Assembly (NCBI GenBank): GCA_002269645.1
Contig: NIVC01001247.1
Span: 34,928-98,927 of the forward strand
From: Macrostomum lignano
Taxonomy: Eukaryota
Direction: 5' to 3'
Length of the DNA stretch: 64,000 bases
Shown one piece after another: positions 12,946 through 26,585 of the stretch. A program made the position numbers and the translations under genes. Within the stretch, counting starts at the first letter, position 1. The number at the start of each line of letters is the position of its first letter. A model generated the notes under the pieces. That model searched no databases and had not been told where the DNA came from. It saw only the letters and a list, made by a program, of their open reading frames with translations.

Positions 12946-13974
12946 TTATAGGTCTTTAATAAAAGAAATAATAAAATAAGCTCTAATATGAATTGTTAAT
13001 ATGGATAAATCGCTAAATCTACTGAGACATAAAGCTAATAATTAAACCAGAGTTAAAAAGACATTAGAGATAAAGAATAGTCTAGAGAACTCTACAAAGC
13101 TAAGTCACAATTTATTTTTACTATTGTTTTATATTATTTTAGCCTTAAACTCAACCATAAAGTATATCCTAGAAATTTCCAGTTTAGAATTCAAAAATAT
13201 CCCAATATAATTTAGATAAATAAACCATAAACTAGGCTTAACTTACAAAACATTATTGTGAATATCACAGAAGAGTTGTCAGTTAGTATCATACATATAC
13301 TACATACTAAGCTTCATTAGATGCTGCTAAAAATTAAAATGTCAGTTTGCATTTGGCTGCTTAATTGGGTAGCATGCCTATCTACTTATACTAAATATAT
13401 ATTTTATACTACAGATACATAGCATAAACTTCAAGTGCATTGTGGCCCTTTCTTCATGATCTCTATGGTAGGACATTGAAGAAATATGATGTTAGCAAGG
13501 TTGTTGACTACTATATGCATGCTCTCCTTTACTGCCAATTTGTGGAGTGCTATAACTTACAGTAAATATAGACAATAGTCATGATAGGCCAAATGCAAGA
13601 AAAAGTGTATAATGTCACTTAGGGAATAGGGAAAGGAAAATATCTATCAGATTTATGATCTTATGATCTAATTAAAGATAAAAGGTATAGAGATAGCTTT
13701 GCACATAGCATACACTCTAAAAATAGGCTAAAAATTATTCCTATACATGGATAAGGACTGACAACTGTGAAAATAAGAGTATTAAGATAAAGCTAAAGAT
13801 CCAAAGATCTTAGATATATCCTTTATAACATAAGAATAGGACATACAAATGTCCAGCAAAATATAGGACTGTGCTTATTGCTCATTTCTAATATCATGAA
13901 AATTCATATTGTACTAGAAAGAACAACTATTAATTAGTCTATGGCTAAAGCCTCTATTTAAATACTAAAGGTCT

Positions 13975-15163
13975 CACTTTGCAGCACTTGAAAACATTTC
14001 ATACCCAAATCCTACCCCTAATGAAATTTCTTGATCTGAGAAAATGGTTCAACAATGAGATATCATTATTGATTGCTACAAATCTGAAAAGTCTGCAATG
14101 GAGTGTCTTTGCCATCTGCAGGCAATCTACTAGGATGATGCCTTGTCTAGAAGCCAGGTCTATTACATCTATGACCAACTGCACTTTGGCCATGATACCA
14201 TGGCCAAATGGTTCTGATGGAGGTGGAATGAACAAGGACTCAAACAAGGACCCCCAGCAAAAATTGAGATTGTTGCTTGTCTGATTAAGGAGGACAGGCG
14301 CCTCATTGTCAGAGAGCTCTCAGATGAATCTGGGATTCCCAAGTCAACTATTCATGAAATTCTTGTCCATGACCTGCAGCTCAAGCATGTGTCAGCCAGT
14401 AGGTGGGTGCCTTACCTGTTTGTGGAAGAAAACTGCAGGGAGTGCACACATACTGTGCTCAGGACTTCTTTCACAACATGCAAAGTGAGCCAGGCTTTCT
14501 GCAGTGAATAATCACTGCTAATGAAACATGGCTTTACTATGTGACTCTGGAAACCAAGAACCAATCTAAGCAGTGGGTGCCAATGGGTGCCAATGCCCTG
14601 ACAAAGGCCTAGGTATCCCGCAGTGCCAAGAAACCAATGGCTATTGTTTTCTTTGACTCATAAGGCCTTGTATACACATAGAAGAGGGCCAGACAGTCAA
14701 CAGCGAGCATTACTATATGGTACTTGACATTCTGAAGGACCACATTCGATGCAAGTGGCCTTACCTAGCTCAGAATGGATGGTTCTTGCACTATGACAAT
14801 GCCATCTACATGTGTTAGCCCACACCAGGGAGTTTCTTACTAGGAAAGGCATTCTGGTAGCGCTGCATCCACCCTACTCACCTGATTTGGCCACTGCAGA
14901 CTTCTGGCTATTTCCGCATATCAAAAACTGCATTGCTAGTTGCCAGTTTGACACTGTAGAAGGTCAAGCCTTGCATGGGAGGGGGTCACCAACCCAATGG
15001 CTGCTTCCCAGTTTACTGAGGCCTTCAACAAATGGCTGTTAAGGATGGCAATGGTGCATTGACAAGGGTGGAGATTATGTTGAAAAATGACACAGTTATT
15101 GTTTTGTTTTAACTGTTTAAAATATATGGCACCTGTCCTCTATTTTGCCAGACAACCCTTGTA
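13975..15163 (+). mobile_element. Decayed mariner (DD34D) transposon: pseudogenised transposase and right TIR
   Basis: Fragments LIKEDRRLIVRELSDESGIPKSTIHEIL, (R)WVP, ITANETW, HYDNA, HPPYSPDLATADFWLF, IDKGGDYVEK* (stop 15088-15090), with several stops and frameshifts. 3' end gacaacccttgta is mariner TIR-like plus TA. 5' TIR not found. Confidence 0.88.
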
Positions 15164-15196
15164 CTTAAAAAAATGACTAGGCCATCAAGGCCTAGG

Positions 15197-15486
15197 CATA
15201 CATGCACAACAGTCAGTCAAGTCAAGTAAGCCAAGTAAGTTGCAAAAATGCCTATCCAAATAATACCCAAGTAGTACTAAGTCACTTTGCAAATCAAAGT
15301 CATTTTTGGTCATGACTAGGCCTACATGACTACATGACTCTAGAAAACTTGCCATTTACCCAAAACTTCGTTAATTTTGCCTCAAGGTTTTTTTACATGT
15401 AAGTTGAATTTTTGGCCAAAAACTGTTATATCTTTTGTTAAAACAAAGTTGCATAGCCAATTGAATTTTGGAGGTTGTGCATGTAG
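15197..15486 (-). mobile_element. MITE of the CATACATGCGCAAC-TIR family
   Basis: TIRs catacatgcacaac / gttgtgcatgtag; flanks ggcctagg and ggcctggg (7/8 TSD); interior is the reverse complement of the 18522 copy. Confidence 0.75.
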
Positions 15487-16171
15487 GGCCTGGGCCTGCT
15501 ACTACATATAGGGAAATAAAATAAATTAGGTTCACTTCCTATTAAATTAAAGTGTAATTACTCCACAAACTTTCATATAGCCCACCTTGCTCCCACTTTG
15601 TTCTACAATAAATTAGGTCTAATTAAATCCTAGATCAATTTTCAAATAAAAAAACTAGGCCTATAATAAGCATATTTAAATAGACCTACAAGGGGCACTA
15701 TGAAAGTTTTTAGTCATGCCTCTGCTATTGCTCGGGGTGGGACTGTATGTCCTAGGGAGAGTGGGGAAGGGAAATGCCCATTCTAGCTATACAAAGCTTC
15801 ATGGGAAAGGGAAGGTGGAATGCCTTTAAATGAATCAGACCAATTCAGATCTATTTTTAGAACAATGTTTGGTTAGAACCTTTCAGACAAACTCTGTTAG
15901 CTGACTGCTAAGGCAGAGTGCACTATGTGAAAAGGAAGAAAATGGCTCTCCTATTGACAAATTCACTTTTATTTATATGAATTTTAGTCAATATGGCTGC
16001 CAAGAATAAACAAAACCTTTTACTAGGCCTATATCGAATATTTACAAGTAGGCCTACTAATGGCACAATGAATATTGAAGGCTTCGAAAAATAGTAGGCC
16101 CCTATTTAATGCTTATAAATTTCATTTTAATAGGAAGAAAAATTTGTGCATGACAAGGCCACAAGTTATGT

Positions 16172-16437
16172 CATACATGCACAACCTCCGAAATTCGGAC
16201 GGCCATGCGACTTAGTTTTAACAAAATGCGACGTAGTTTTTGGCCAAATAAAGCCAAAAAATGCGACTTACATGTAAAAAAACTCTAAAGCAAAATTAAC
16301 GCAACTTTGGGTAAACGGCAGGAGTAACTTGACTGTCTTATTAACCCAAAATGCCTCGTCAGCTACTTAGTACTACTATTTGGTTATTTTTTGGGTGGGC
16401 ATTTTTGCGACTTCCTTGGTTGGCCGCCAAATCGGCT
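16172..16437 (+). mobile_element. Partial MITE / left end of the CATACATGCGCAAC-TIR family
   Basis: Left TIR plus about 250 bp highly similar to the 18522 copy; right TIR missing after ...ttggccgccaaatcggc. Confidence 0.75.
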
Positions 16438-18521
16438 ATTAATGAGGTGTATAGAACTATCATAAATAACTTTTGGCTCTCTCACATAATTTTGTCAATA
16501 TTGCCTTATTTGAAATAAAAGCCTAAAATTTTACATTGTAGCATAATTGATGGCCTTGCATGCTTTTAAAAAAAAATATAAAATCTAGCACATGAATTTC
16601 GTCTAATTTTCTATAGATAGGCAATGCAAAGCATGGAGGCTCTTCATATTGCTTGTTCTGGTTCAGAACCAATTTGTAAAGTATAACTTTTTGTCTCCTT
16701 AACTAGAGGGATATACTTGCTATAAACTCTTAATTATTGAATGAAAATCGCCAAGAAGAAAGTAAAAAATTATGCAAAGTGAGGCTGCTAAGGCAGTCAA
16801 ATATTAACAAAGTTAAATAGTTATACTGCTGTTTTTCTTGGAAGATCCGAACCGATTCTGGTTCTGGAATTGGTAATGTGAAGAGGCCACAGATCTGTGG
16901 AAGAGGCTTATGGTCGGTTGAAGAAAATGGGTAAAAACGTTTATTTAAGTAGCATCGGGTTCTTAGAAAACATTGATAAACTGAATATGTAAAATGTATA
17001 ACTTAAGTAATAAACGTTGGTTTTTTATTTTTAGCACATAAAAGTAATTTTTTAGCTAGCTAGGTTTAAGTAAAATTTAACAGTAAAAAAACACGAGAAA
17101 GTGTTAACTGTTAACTTGTGCAAATTTAAGTGCAGAAAAATCGATTTACTCAGCAGCAATGGTTTGGCTGGCGCATTTTGCAAAAATTTCTAAAAAGAGA
17201 GGTCCATAAGGCATAATGAATTATTAATAAAACCAATTGGAATATTCTAGTGTTAAATGAAAGGTAGCACTTTAAAGGTTTGTCATAGTAAATATTCATA
17301 TCATATCTAAAAGACTAAAACCCCAAAAATAGTGAATTTTTACACTTCTCTGAAATAGCGCCACATCGCCTGCAGCAGGCTGCAGCCCTGCATCGCGACT
17401 TTTTTTTGTATTTTAGTCACTAGGCCCCTAGTGCTGCATAGGGCCCTATCATGCTGTGTATATAGGTATACGCCCCTAAGCATATTATATTGGCCTATAT
17501 AATTTTTTTATAGTTGTTAGGCCTATTTGTAACTTGTAAGCCAATAATAGTGAAAAAACCTACATGTAGGCCTATGATATATATGCCTACCTATGCAATG
17601 CAACAGACCAATAGCATATTATTAATATTATTAATTATTTATTTGTCATTAATATAATATTAATAATATGCCTGTGCATCGCTATGTAGTAGCTTTTTTG
17701 CCAGTTTATAGCTAGGCCTATCATGTAGTAGGTTTTTTCACTATTGAACTTACAAGTGTTTTTTGCTAAAAACTAGGCCTAGGCCTAATGATGTGATATT
17801 CTTTGTTTTAATTTTGTTTTGTAAATTTATTTTATATTTTCTGTTTTTGTTTCCAATTATTTTCAATAAGATCTAGTTAATTTGGCAACAAGCTAATTTG
17901 GTAACAACCAATTTGGTGACAAGTCAGTTTGGCAATAGCCAATTTGTTGAATGCTGAAGTATAGGGCTTATAGAAAGCTAAAGTATGCAGAAGTATATAT
18001 AATGTTATACATATAAAAGGCTATATACAATACTCATTAAAATTTATAATATTGCCATTATAGTCTTTGCCATTCAAGTTTGGCAAGTTGTTTTAATTCA
18101 AAGTTAAAATTCAAAGAAGTTTATTCTTTGAATTTAACTGCCTAGCTATCACACAGGGCAGCCTATTGAAAGGCAAAACACATATCATTGTGCAATTGTC
18201 TATACAATCAACTAGTGAGCCAGAGTCTAATTGTACATACACAGTCATTAAGAATGCAACTATCCCCCCATTAGAGAGAGAATTCACTGTCAAGATAGGA
18301 GAAAGTTGTGGTGTAGGCCTAATCACTTAAAATTGATGCAAATTTTCAGCTCCAAGCAGTTAAGATTATCAAAAATCAGAATTGCAGTTTTTTGCTTTTT
18401 TATGGATCTTAAAATGTAAAAATGAAGGATTAAAATAGGCCTAGCCTAAAGCCTGACTTGGAAAATTTGCAGTTTTCCCATATAAGTTTTAAAGCTAAAT
18501 TGCAAGTAGTATAGGAAGAGT

Positions 18522-18808
18522 CATACATGCGCAACCTCCAAAATTTGGTTGGCCGTGCAACTTAGTTTTAACAAAAATGCGACGTAGTTTTCGGCCAAAA
18601 ATGTGACTTACATGAAAAAAACCTGAAAGCAAAATTAACGCAACTTTGGGTAAACGGCAGGAGTAACTATGACTGTCTTTATTAAGGCAAAATGCTTCGT
18701 CAGCTACTTAATACTACTTTGGTATTTATTTGGGTGGGCATTTTTGCAACTTACCTTGGTTGGCCGCCAAATCAGTCGTCCATATCAGCCAACTATTGTG
18801 CATGTATG
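18522..18808 (+). mobile_element. MITE of the CATACATGCGCAAC-TIR family (possibly also the left end of the large hAT element)
   Basis: catacatgcgcaac at 18522 and attgtgcatgtatg ending at 18808; GCGACTTA/GCAACTTA subterminal motifs. Confidence 0.8.
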
Positions 18809-19252
18809 GTTTTGACTCTTGTCATTCCTAATTGTATTTGTACCCCATGTGGCACTAGAACAGTACACTTGACACGGAGTGTTTCAGGCATGATTGTACA
18901 GTGTAAGGTTGCAAAAGTGGGGAGTGGTAGAGATACATATGTATATATAGCTGTATGAGTATGATGGCACAAGCTAAGGCTAAGTCAATGCATGCAGCGA
19001 TAAAAGCAGTCTGTAAAGCCAAATAGTGAAAGTTAACCTTAACTTATAGCACCTTGGCAGCCTATGCTGTCTGCCTGCATCTGATACGAGCATATAACTA
19101 AACTACCAAGGCAATTGGTTGTATTTACACTTACTTTCTGTACATGAATTGGTAAAGGTAAGGGCTTTTAAATGTTTTATTTATATAGTAATACTCATAA
19201 ATCAATTTTATTTTATCACCAAAATCATATACTCGACTTAATCTTTCACAGA

Positions 19253-22200
19253 ATGATGTACAGCCTTAGTTGTCTTTGCCTACTGATTCTAAATGGCATC
19301 CTAGCTATCAATGGTATTCTAGCTGAGAGTGAGTGCTCAATTGTTATAAATGAGTTAAATACTGATGAGCCTAATATTGGATCTCAAGAATTTTCAGAGT
19401 TCATTGAGCTGAAGAAAGTTTGTTCCACAACTGCAATGCTATTAGGATCAGTGCCAGTGAGACTCTGTGATTTTCTTCTGATTGGAGTTCAAGAATATAG
19501 CGGCGATTTTAGACAACCTGTGGTTTCATTTTCTGCTGACTTCTATCGGTCCTCGGGCTTCAAAACGGACAGCAGTTTCTTTGTTATTGCATCAAAAGAG
19601 AAGCAGGAAGCAGCAGATTGTTTTTTACCGATACATCTATTGGGTATCAGGGAAAAACTAGACATGGGCTGCCAAGTTCCGCTCCTAGTGGATCATCGCA
19701 GTCATCCATAATTGATTTTTTCAAGTCTGCTAGTAAGACAATTCCAACAGAACCAAATGCATTAAAGAATGGGAATGGTAAAAGTGCTATGGCCATTATT
19801 CTCTTGTATCAACGAGACTTTTCTAGATCAGAATCGGACAGTTCAAGTTCCACAACTGCCAGTAGCATTGGAAAACTGCGACTAGCTAAAATGCATGCAA
19901 CACAAAGAAGACCTGTTTATGAAGATAAAATTATCATTGATAACTCATTAGCTGAAATTATTAGGAACAATGTGCATGACATGATCATCTATGCACGAAG
20001 TACACAAAATAACAGGTGCACATTTTTTGAGTCCATTTATCGTAGGCTAAGAGACAAGCCCAACTACATCTTAAAGCCAGCAAGAGAATGGGATGAACTT
20101 GGTCATGAGGACTATTGAATAAACCAGTGCCCTGAATCCAGCAGTGAGTTACGAAAGCCTTTGCTTTTTACAAGGTAGAAATTTGGACAGTTGACTCCAG
20201 GTAGAGAAAATGACTGCTCAGGTGCTCATTGGATTTTAGAGGACAATATTGAAGCCATCATAAATACACCTTCAAGAGAAGCAGGTACATTGGCAGACTC
20301 AGCATTAGCATCTGCTTCATCAGCAACAAAAAGAATCGAAATGCGACTAGCTCCTGCTCCAGCTCCATGTTCTAAAAGCTCACAAGCTCACACAATTGGC
20401 CAGGTCCTATGAATTTTCAGAGCAAATAGCAGCTAATCGAGATCATGCTGTTCAAACTGGTGCTGCAGAAACTTTTAATTTTTGCTCTGCTGCAAATGTA
20501 CAGGAAAGAAGAGAGTTGTTGGAGAATGACCAGCAAACAAGCAAACTACAAGTGGAAATTATTAGGCAAGTAAATATTCAAAGACAATCAACGAAACGAT
20601 CACTTTGCCAAAGTCCTATTGTTGATTTAGATTCGAGCGACTCAAGGGATTCAGGTGATGTTGAAATAGTACAAGTAAATACTGCAGAAGCAGGGCCATC
20701 GCAAAGAAAAATACCATGCATAAGTACATCTGCAGACGCATGTCTAGCCACTTCAGCATCAAAGCCCTCGTCTTCCTCTATGATGGGCGAAAATATTGAA
20801 GTTTTCCCTAAAAAGGACTGGGAGGATACACCTGGTTTTCGAGAGGAGTGGTTACATTCTTTGGAGATGCACCAGTCACAGTAAGTAAATGGAAACTGAC
20901 GAACTGTAAATTAATGTATAGTGTATTGTGTATTGCACTTATTAGCATATTGATTTTAGATACTCACAAATAGTCCAAATCCCAAAATATTCTCTAATTT
21001 GACCATTGCAGATCATTTTCAAGAAAATTTGTGTCACAAGAAATGAAGACATGGTTTCAATATGTTCAAAACACCGAAGATCTATCAAGATCTGGAATAC
21101 AATGTCGGATCTGCAGAAAATTTTTGAATGCACATAAGAAAAAGGAGACAAATCTAGAGAGCCAACGTAAGTTAACTTTTGCAACAGAACAAGGCTACAT
21201 TCCCAAAGGTCATGCAAAAGATAGCGTACGAAGAAAACTACAGGAACATTCATCAAATACACTTCACAGTGACGCCATAAAGTGGATGAAGGAAAAACAT
21301 ACTTCAGTTCTTGCAAAGCAACTCAAACAGATGAATGAGGCCGCTAGACTAGCTAAAACTAAACGAGATGAAATAACAGCCCGAGTTTTGACAACAGTTT
21401 ATGCCGAAGTCAAATCTAATATTCCATTCAGTGCTCATCCAAATATGATTGATTTACAAGTAAAAAATGGGTTGGATATGGGGAGCCATCATAAGCATCG
21501 CAAAAGTGCCGCAGCAATGGTGGAATCAATCAGTAATACAATGCATTGGACATTTGTGAATTACATTAAAAGTGCTGACAATCTTCCGATTTCTATTGTA
21601 CTAGATACAACGTCTGATATTCATTCAAACAGCTACGTCATGATATACTTCAGAGTTCTTGAAAACAGCCAACCTTTGATGTTTTTTTATCGGTTTAAAC
21701 GTCTGACTGAAGTAGAGACTGGACGAAGCATTTATGAACTTCTTATCCGTTTATTTTCGGATGACAAGCTAGAAGATGAAATCAAACGAAGGCTATGGGG
21801 GGTGACAACTGATGGTGCATCCGTAATGACAGGAAGTTGAGTGGGATTAATAAGTCAACTGAGGCCTTGGGCTAGCAAACAATTTTTTCAGCACCATTGT
21901 GCAGCGCATAAGTTAGAACTTTCAATCTATCATGCCTTTGAAATCTTCCCATTTATGCAACATCTCGATAAGAATATAAATTCTCTACACAAATTTTATA
22001 TGAGCCACGCTGTTAAACGTAAGGCATCTTTGGCACAAACTTCGGAAGCACTCAACTTGGTTTTCTATGAATTAAAAAGAATATATCGCATCAGGTGGGT
22101 TGCATCGGAAGTGCCTACTCTTGATGTGATTCGAAAGTCGTACTACTTGCTTCTGACAAATTTAGAAAATATCAAATCACCTTCCTCAGGCTTTGATGAC

Positions 22201-23395
22201 GAAAGTAAAGCAACTGCCTCTGGATTATTGAAAACATTGCAAAATGTCCGGTATTATTCATTACATCTATTTCTCATGGACATTCTAAAATTACTGGAAT
22301 TTGAGTCCTTGCAGTTTCAAAGAGCCAGGGGTACATTTATTGGCTTGCAAGAACGCCACACTAACCTTATCCATTCACTAGAAACCTTAAAAACGAACAA
22401 TGGTCCTCGCATTGTGGACTTTTTGGCTTCCTGCAAGTGTCGTCGAGTTTTGGGAACTGCAGATAGATATCCGCAGCTGGAATACCATTCAGGATGTCAC
22501 ACAAGAGACCTATCTTATTCTAACTTTGCTTGTCCTTCCGGCCCTGGAAGCAGCGATCCAACAGAGGTTTGAGTTGAAGCAACCAGGTTCTGCTATAGAC
22601 AGATCTCTAAGAAATAGATTATTTGATGCTAGTAGACGTGGCAGTGTTGTTGACATGGGAGCTTATCCAGCACTGGATGAGATTCGCAGTCGAATCATTG
22701 ATAGCATAATTGATCAGCTGCGTAATTATTTTCCTGAGGATGACTACTCAATATTTAATGTGCTCAACCCAGTGTTATTGCCTAATGCTGAAACATTACA
22801 TACTGTCTTTACATACAGTTTGAGAATCATACCTCTTGCTAGACGGTTTGGAATGGAAGATGACAGCTCTGAATCTGAAACAGAGGACCATCTTTCTGAT
22901 TCAGACTCTAGAGATGCAGATGCTTCAGAACGCGCTACAGAAAGGACAATCTCTGGTCAGTTCGGTCTACTCCTAAAAAGTTTGATCACTTTGCATAGTG
23001 TTGACTTCTGTGCCTACAAAGGCAAAGGTCCGGTGAAATTTTGGAGTCACTTTCTAGAGACAAGAACTGTTGAATGGCTGCCCAGAATAAAGAATCTAAT
23101 TATGGTTGTGTTAACTTTGCCAATATCATCAGCTGAGGCTGAAAGAGGGTTTTCTATCTATAAGCACATTGCCTATGACAGGAGAACACGCTTGGCACCA
23201 AAAACATTGGAGCATCTACTACGGATTCGAATAAATGGGCCTCCGCTGATGAAATTTAAGCCGGATATTTATGTCAATAATTGGCTGAAAAAACACTGGC
23301 GTTCTGATGCTCCTGGAGGTCAATGGCAAAAAGAATCCAACGTAGATGAGGAAAATAAAGATTCTGATTCTGATTTGCTAAGTGGACTATTTTGA
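19253..23395 (+). pseudogene. Disrupted hAT transposase (KIAA1586/ZNF862-like) with N-terminal signal peptide and lamin-tail-like domain
   Basis: Transposase part 21031-23395: TTF-type zinc-finger-like CRIC...EH..H, SIVLDTTSD, VTTDGASVMTG, HCAAHKLEL (CxxH), dimerisation domain SSAEAERGFS...LLRIRINGP. Upstream part from ATG 19253: hydrophobic leader then IVINELNTDEPN...EFIELK ... TPGRENDC. Lesions: frameshifts near 19620, 20400, 21020 and 22540; stops at 20116, 20176 and 21838; probable intron 20881-20959. Confidence 0.85.
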
Positions 23396-23744
23396 AAGTT
23401 TTTTATCAGTTTTAATCTGCTACAATTTTAATCAATTATTACAATGGTACATGCATAATCATTAAGACTACAGTTCTTCTAAGTTCATATATAAGACCGT
23501 TAGAATCTTGCAGTTTTAATTTGCTAATTAAATATTATTAAAAGTATGATTTGCAATTGTAATAGGGCTGAAAAATTACTGCTTATAAGTTATTCTATCC
23601 CTATTTCTATTCTTTAGCCATTTCTGGCTTCGTAATTCTTAATTTTTCAAATTGATGCGTTAATGCACACGTAGCCTACACCCTAGTAAGTGATACATTA
23701 AATTCATCCTAAACTAATCCTATCCTAATAATCCTAAAGATGCT

Positions 23745-24680
23745 CTGCGACTTAACTCAGTCCTGCTGCGACTTACTTGGTCCTGCTGCGACTTAGCTCG
23801 CCCTCAGTGCGACTTAGCTCTCGCTCGGTGCGACTTAGCTCGCCCTCGGTGCGACTTAGCTCGGTCCTGCTGCGACTTAGTGTGACTTAGCTCTCGCTCG
23901 GTGCGACTTAGTTCGCCCTCGGTGCGACTTAGCTCGGTCCTGCTGCGACTTAGCTCGCCCTCGGTGCGACTTAGCTCGGTCCTGCTGCGACTTAGTGCGA
24001 CTTAGCTCTCGCTCGGTGCGACTTATTTTGCCCTCGGTGCGACTTAGCTCGCCCTTAGTGCGACTTAGCTCGGTCCTGCTGCGACATAGCTCGCCCTCAG
24101 TGCGACTTAGCTCTCGCTCGGTGCGACTTAGTTCGCCCTCGGTGCGACTTAGCTCGGTCCTGCTGCAACTTAGCTCGCCCTCGGTGCGACTTAGCTTGGT
24201 CCTGCTGCGACTTAGTGCGACTTAGCTCTCGCTCGGTGCGACTTAGTTCGCCCTCGGTGCGACTTAGCTCGGTCCTGCTGCGACTTAGTTCGCCCTCGGT
24301 GCGACTTAGCTCGGTCCTGCTGCGACTTAGTGCGACTTAGCTCTCGCTCGGTGCGACTTAGTTCGCCCTCGATGCGACTTAGCTCGGTCCTGCTGCAACT
24401 TAGCTCGCCCTCGGTGCGACTTAGCTTGGTCCTGCTGCGACTTAGTGCGACTTAGCTCTCGCTCGGTGCGACTTAGTTCGCCCTCGGTGCGACTTAGCTC
24501 GGTCCTGCTGCGACTTAGCTCGCCCTCGGTGCGACTTAGCTCGGTCCTGCTGCGACTTAGTGCGACTTAGCTCTCGCTCGGTGCGACTTAGTTCGCCCTC
24601 GATGCGACTTAGCTCGGTCCTGCTGCGACTTAGCTTGCCCTCGGTGCGACTTAGCTCGCCCTCGGTGCGACTTACCTTGT
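23745..24680. repeat. Modular minisatellite of 21-bp and 10-bp units all starting GCGACTTA
   Basis: Units gcgacttagctcgccctcggt / gcgacttagctcggtcctgct / gcgacttagctctcgctcggt / gcgacttagt interleaved just inside the right TIR. Confidence 0.92.
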
Positions 24681-25444
24681 CTTCAGTGCTGCAACTTACA
24701 GCACTTACAACTCTTTTTGTGTTTTTCTCTTTCTCTTTGCTCCCTTTTTCTCGTTTTTTCCTTTTCCTTTCCCCTTTTTCGTCTTTTGTTTTTTCGTTTT
24801 TTTGGCGGTTAATCAATTTTGCGACTTACTTGGTTGGCCGCCAAATCGGTCGGCCGGATCGGCCGACTCGGCCGACTGTTGCGCATGTACAAAGAGTTAA
24901 CCTACTGAGAAACAACTTTAGTATAAGATAAATTTTTGTACACCAGAGTATATGCTAGGCCAAGTATAACATAGCAAATATATACCAAAGAAATCTATTG
25001 TATAGGCCACCTTCTTGACTATGGCATTCCCAAGATTAAAAGGTCATGGGATTGCTTCAAATAGGATTTTATGTGTATATTCTGAGAGCTACTTAGTTTA
25101 TTGTTAATTTCTCAACTTGGTAGGTCCTATTCTACTTATTGGTAATATATACAATGTATATTCCTTTTACTTCACTTTACTGCAAAATATGCCAAATTTG
25201 TATAAGTTTTTCTTTCTAAACTACTAGTATTTGATTGAAACTATATTTCTTTTGTAATGTAATTGATCTATACATAGATAGATATGATTTTAAAATAAAT
25301 GTTTATTTTGTAGAATCTTTATTACAAAAGTCTAATCCTAGTCAATTCCAAAAATTGTAAACAAATCTTCAGATATATAAATGTAAGTTTTTGTGCTAAA
25401 CTTATTAAATTTTTGTTATAAATATTGTACCACTGATTTTCTGC

Positions 25445-26288
25445 ATGACTGAGATAAATCAAAAAAGCATGGATGTAGATGCTGTCAATCAATCAGCTGG
25501 GTCTGGATCAGCTAATAAGTCTGCTGTTGCCCCTACTACTGGTAGTTCTAGCTCAGCTGCTAAACCATTTGTATTGAAGAAATGGAATCTAGTTGCTATG
25601 TGGAGCTGGGATGTGCAATGTGACACCTGTGCAATTTGTCGTATTCAGGTAAGGTAAAAATTGTCTTTATTGACTCATAGTCAATACAGCTATCTACATA
25701 CTGACCCCTGCAATCTAATTTTGCAATTTAATTGTGTACAACTACACTGCTAACTGTAGAAGAGGCAATGAAATCTTGCACTACTATGTACTATTTGTAG
25801 AAGAGTGCAACAAAAATTTACACTACTAATAGTAGAAAATTGTAGCAAAATTTTAAACTGCTAATAGTAGGATAATCTGAACAAAGTTGCACTTCTAACA
25901 GTAAAAAATGTAAAGAACTTTTATATACTATTATACTACTAACGGTAGAATAGTGTAAGCATACTTGAACTACTAATGATAGAAGCGTGTAACAAATTTA
26001 CACTAATAATTTCTGCTTTTATTTCAATAATCCATTTATAACTCACAACATTAGCTTTTGTGCGTGTATTTTAAAATCACGCTTATCAATTTATCAACCC
26101 CCCCTCATTCGCAGGTAATGGATGCCTGCTCCAGGTGCCAGTCTGAGAACAACTCCGATTCGTGCGTTGTTGTATGGGGCAACTGCAGTCATTCGTTCCA
26201 CAATTGTTGCATGTCGCTTTGGGTGAAGAAGAACAACCGGTGCCCGCTGTGCCAGAAGGAGTGGATTGTGGATAAAATTGGTCGATAG
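25445..26288 (+). CDS. RNF7: RING-box protein 2 (RBX2/SAG), 125 aa, 2 exons
   Basis: Exons 25445-25648 and 26115-26288 (GT-AG, phase 0). [34 protein letters not shown]...[31 protein letters not shown] is the RBX2-type RING-H2. Confidence 0.95.
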
Positions 26289-26585
26289 ATTTGTGACAAT
26301 ATACACGATTGCTTTCCCATTTGTTTAAATGCGCTTACTCTGTGGTACCAATTTAGTTTCTGTATAGATTTTCAAGCTAGCCTGTAGCAAACCGAATGCT
26401 TTACCTGAACCTGATACTTAGTTTGGCTAATTCTACACAAATAATAAATTTCAGTTAAAGATTTATGGAAGAAAACTAGTTAAGATTGCTTATGATGTTG
26501 TAATTGATATATGAATCCCAAGTGTAAATCTGCATTCATAGCAACATGGTTGGATAACGTAAAGCAGTCTTCTTAAACCTTCAAT

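Larger units (their letters stand above)
18522..24891 (+). mobile_element. Putative formerly autonomous hAT element, about 6.4 kb
   Basis: Left TIR at 18522, right TIR gttgcgcatgta at 24878-24889, AAGAGT on both outer flanks, hAT transposase inside. The left boundary is uncertain (alternative 16172). Confidence 0.55.

Noticed and set aside
16440-18520. Possible additional transposase remnants between two MITE copies
   Set aside because: Only short frames without recognisable motifs; could not be supported.
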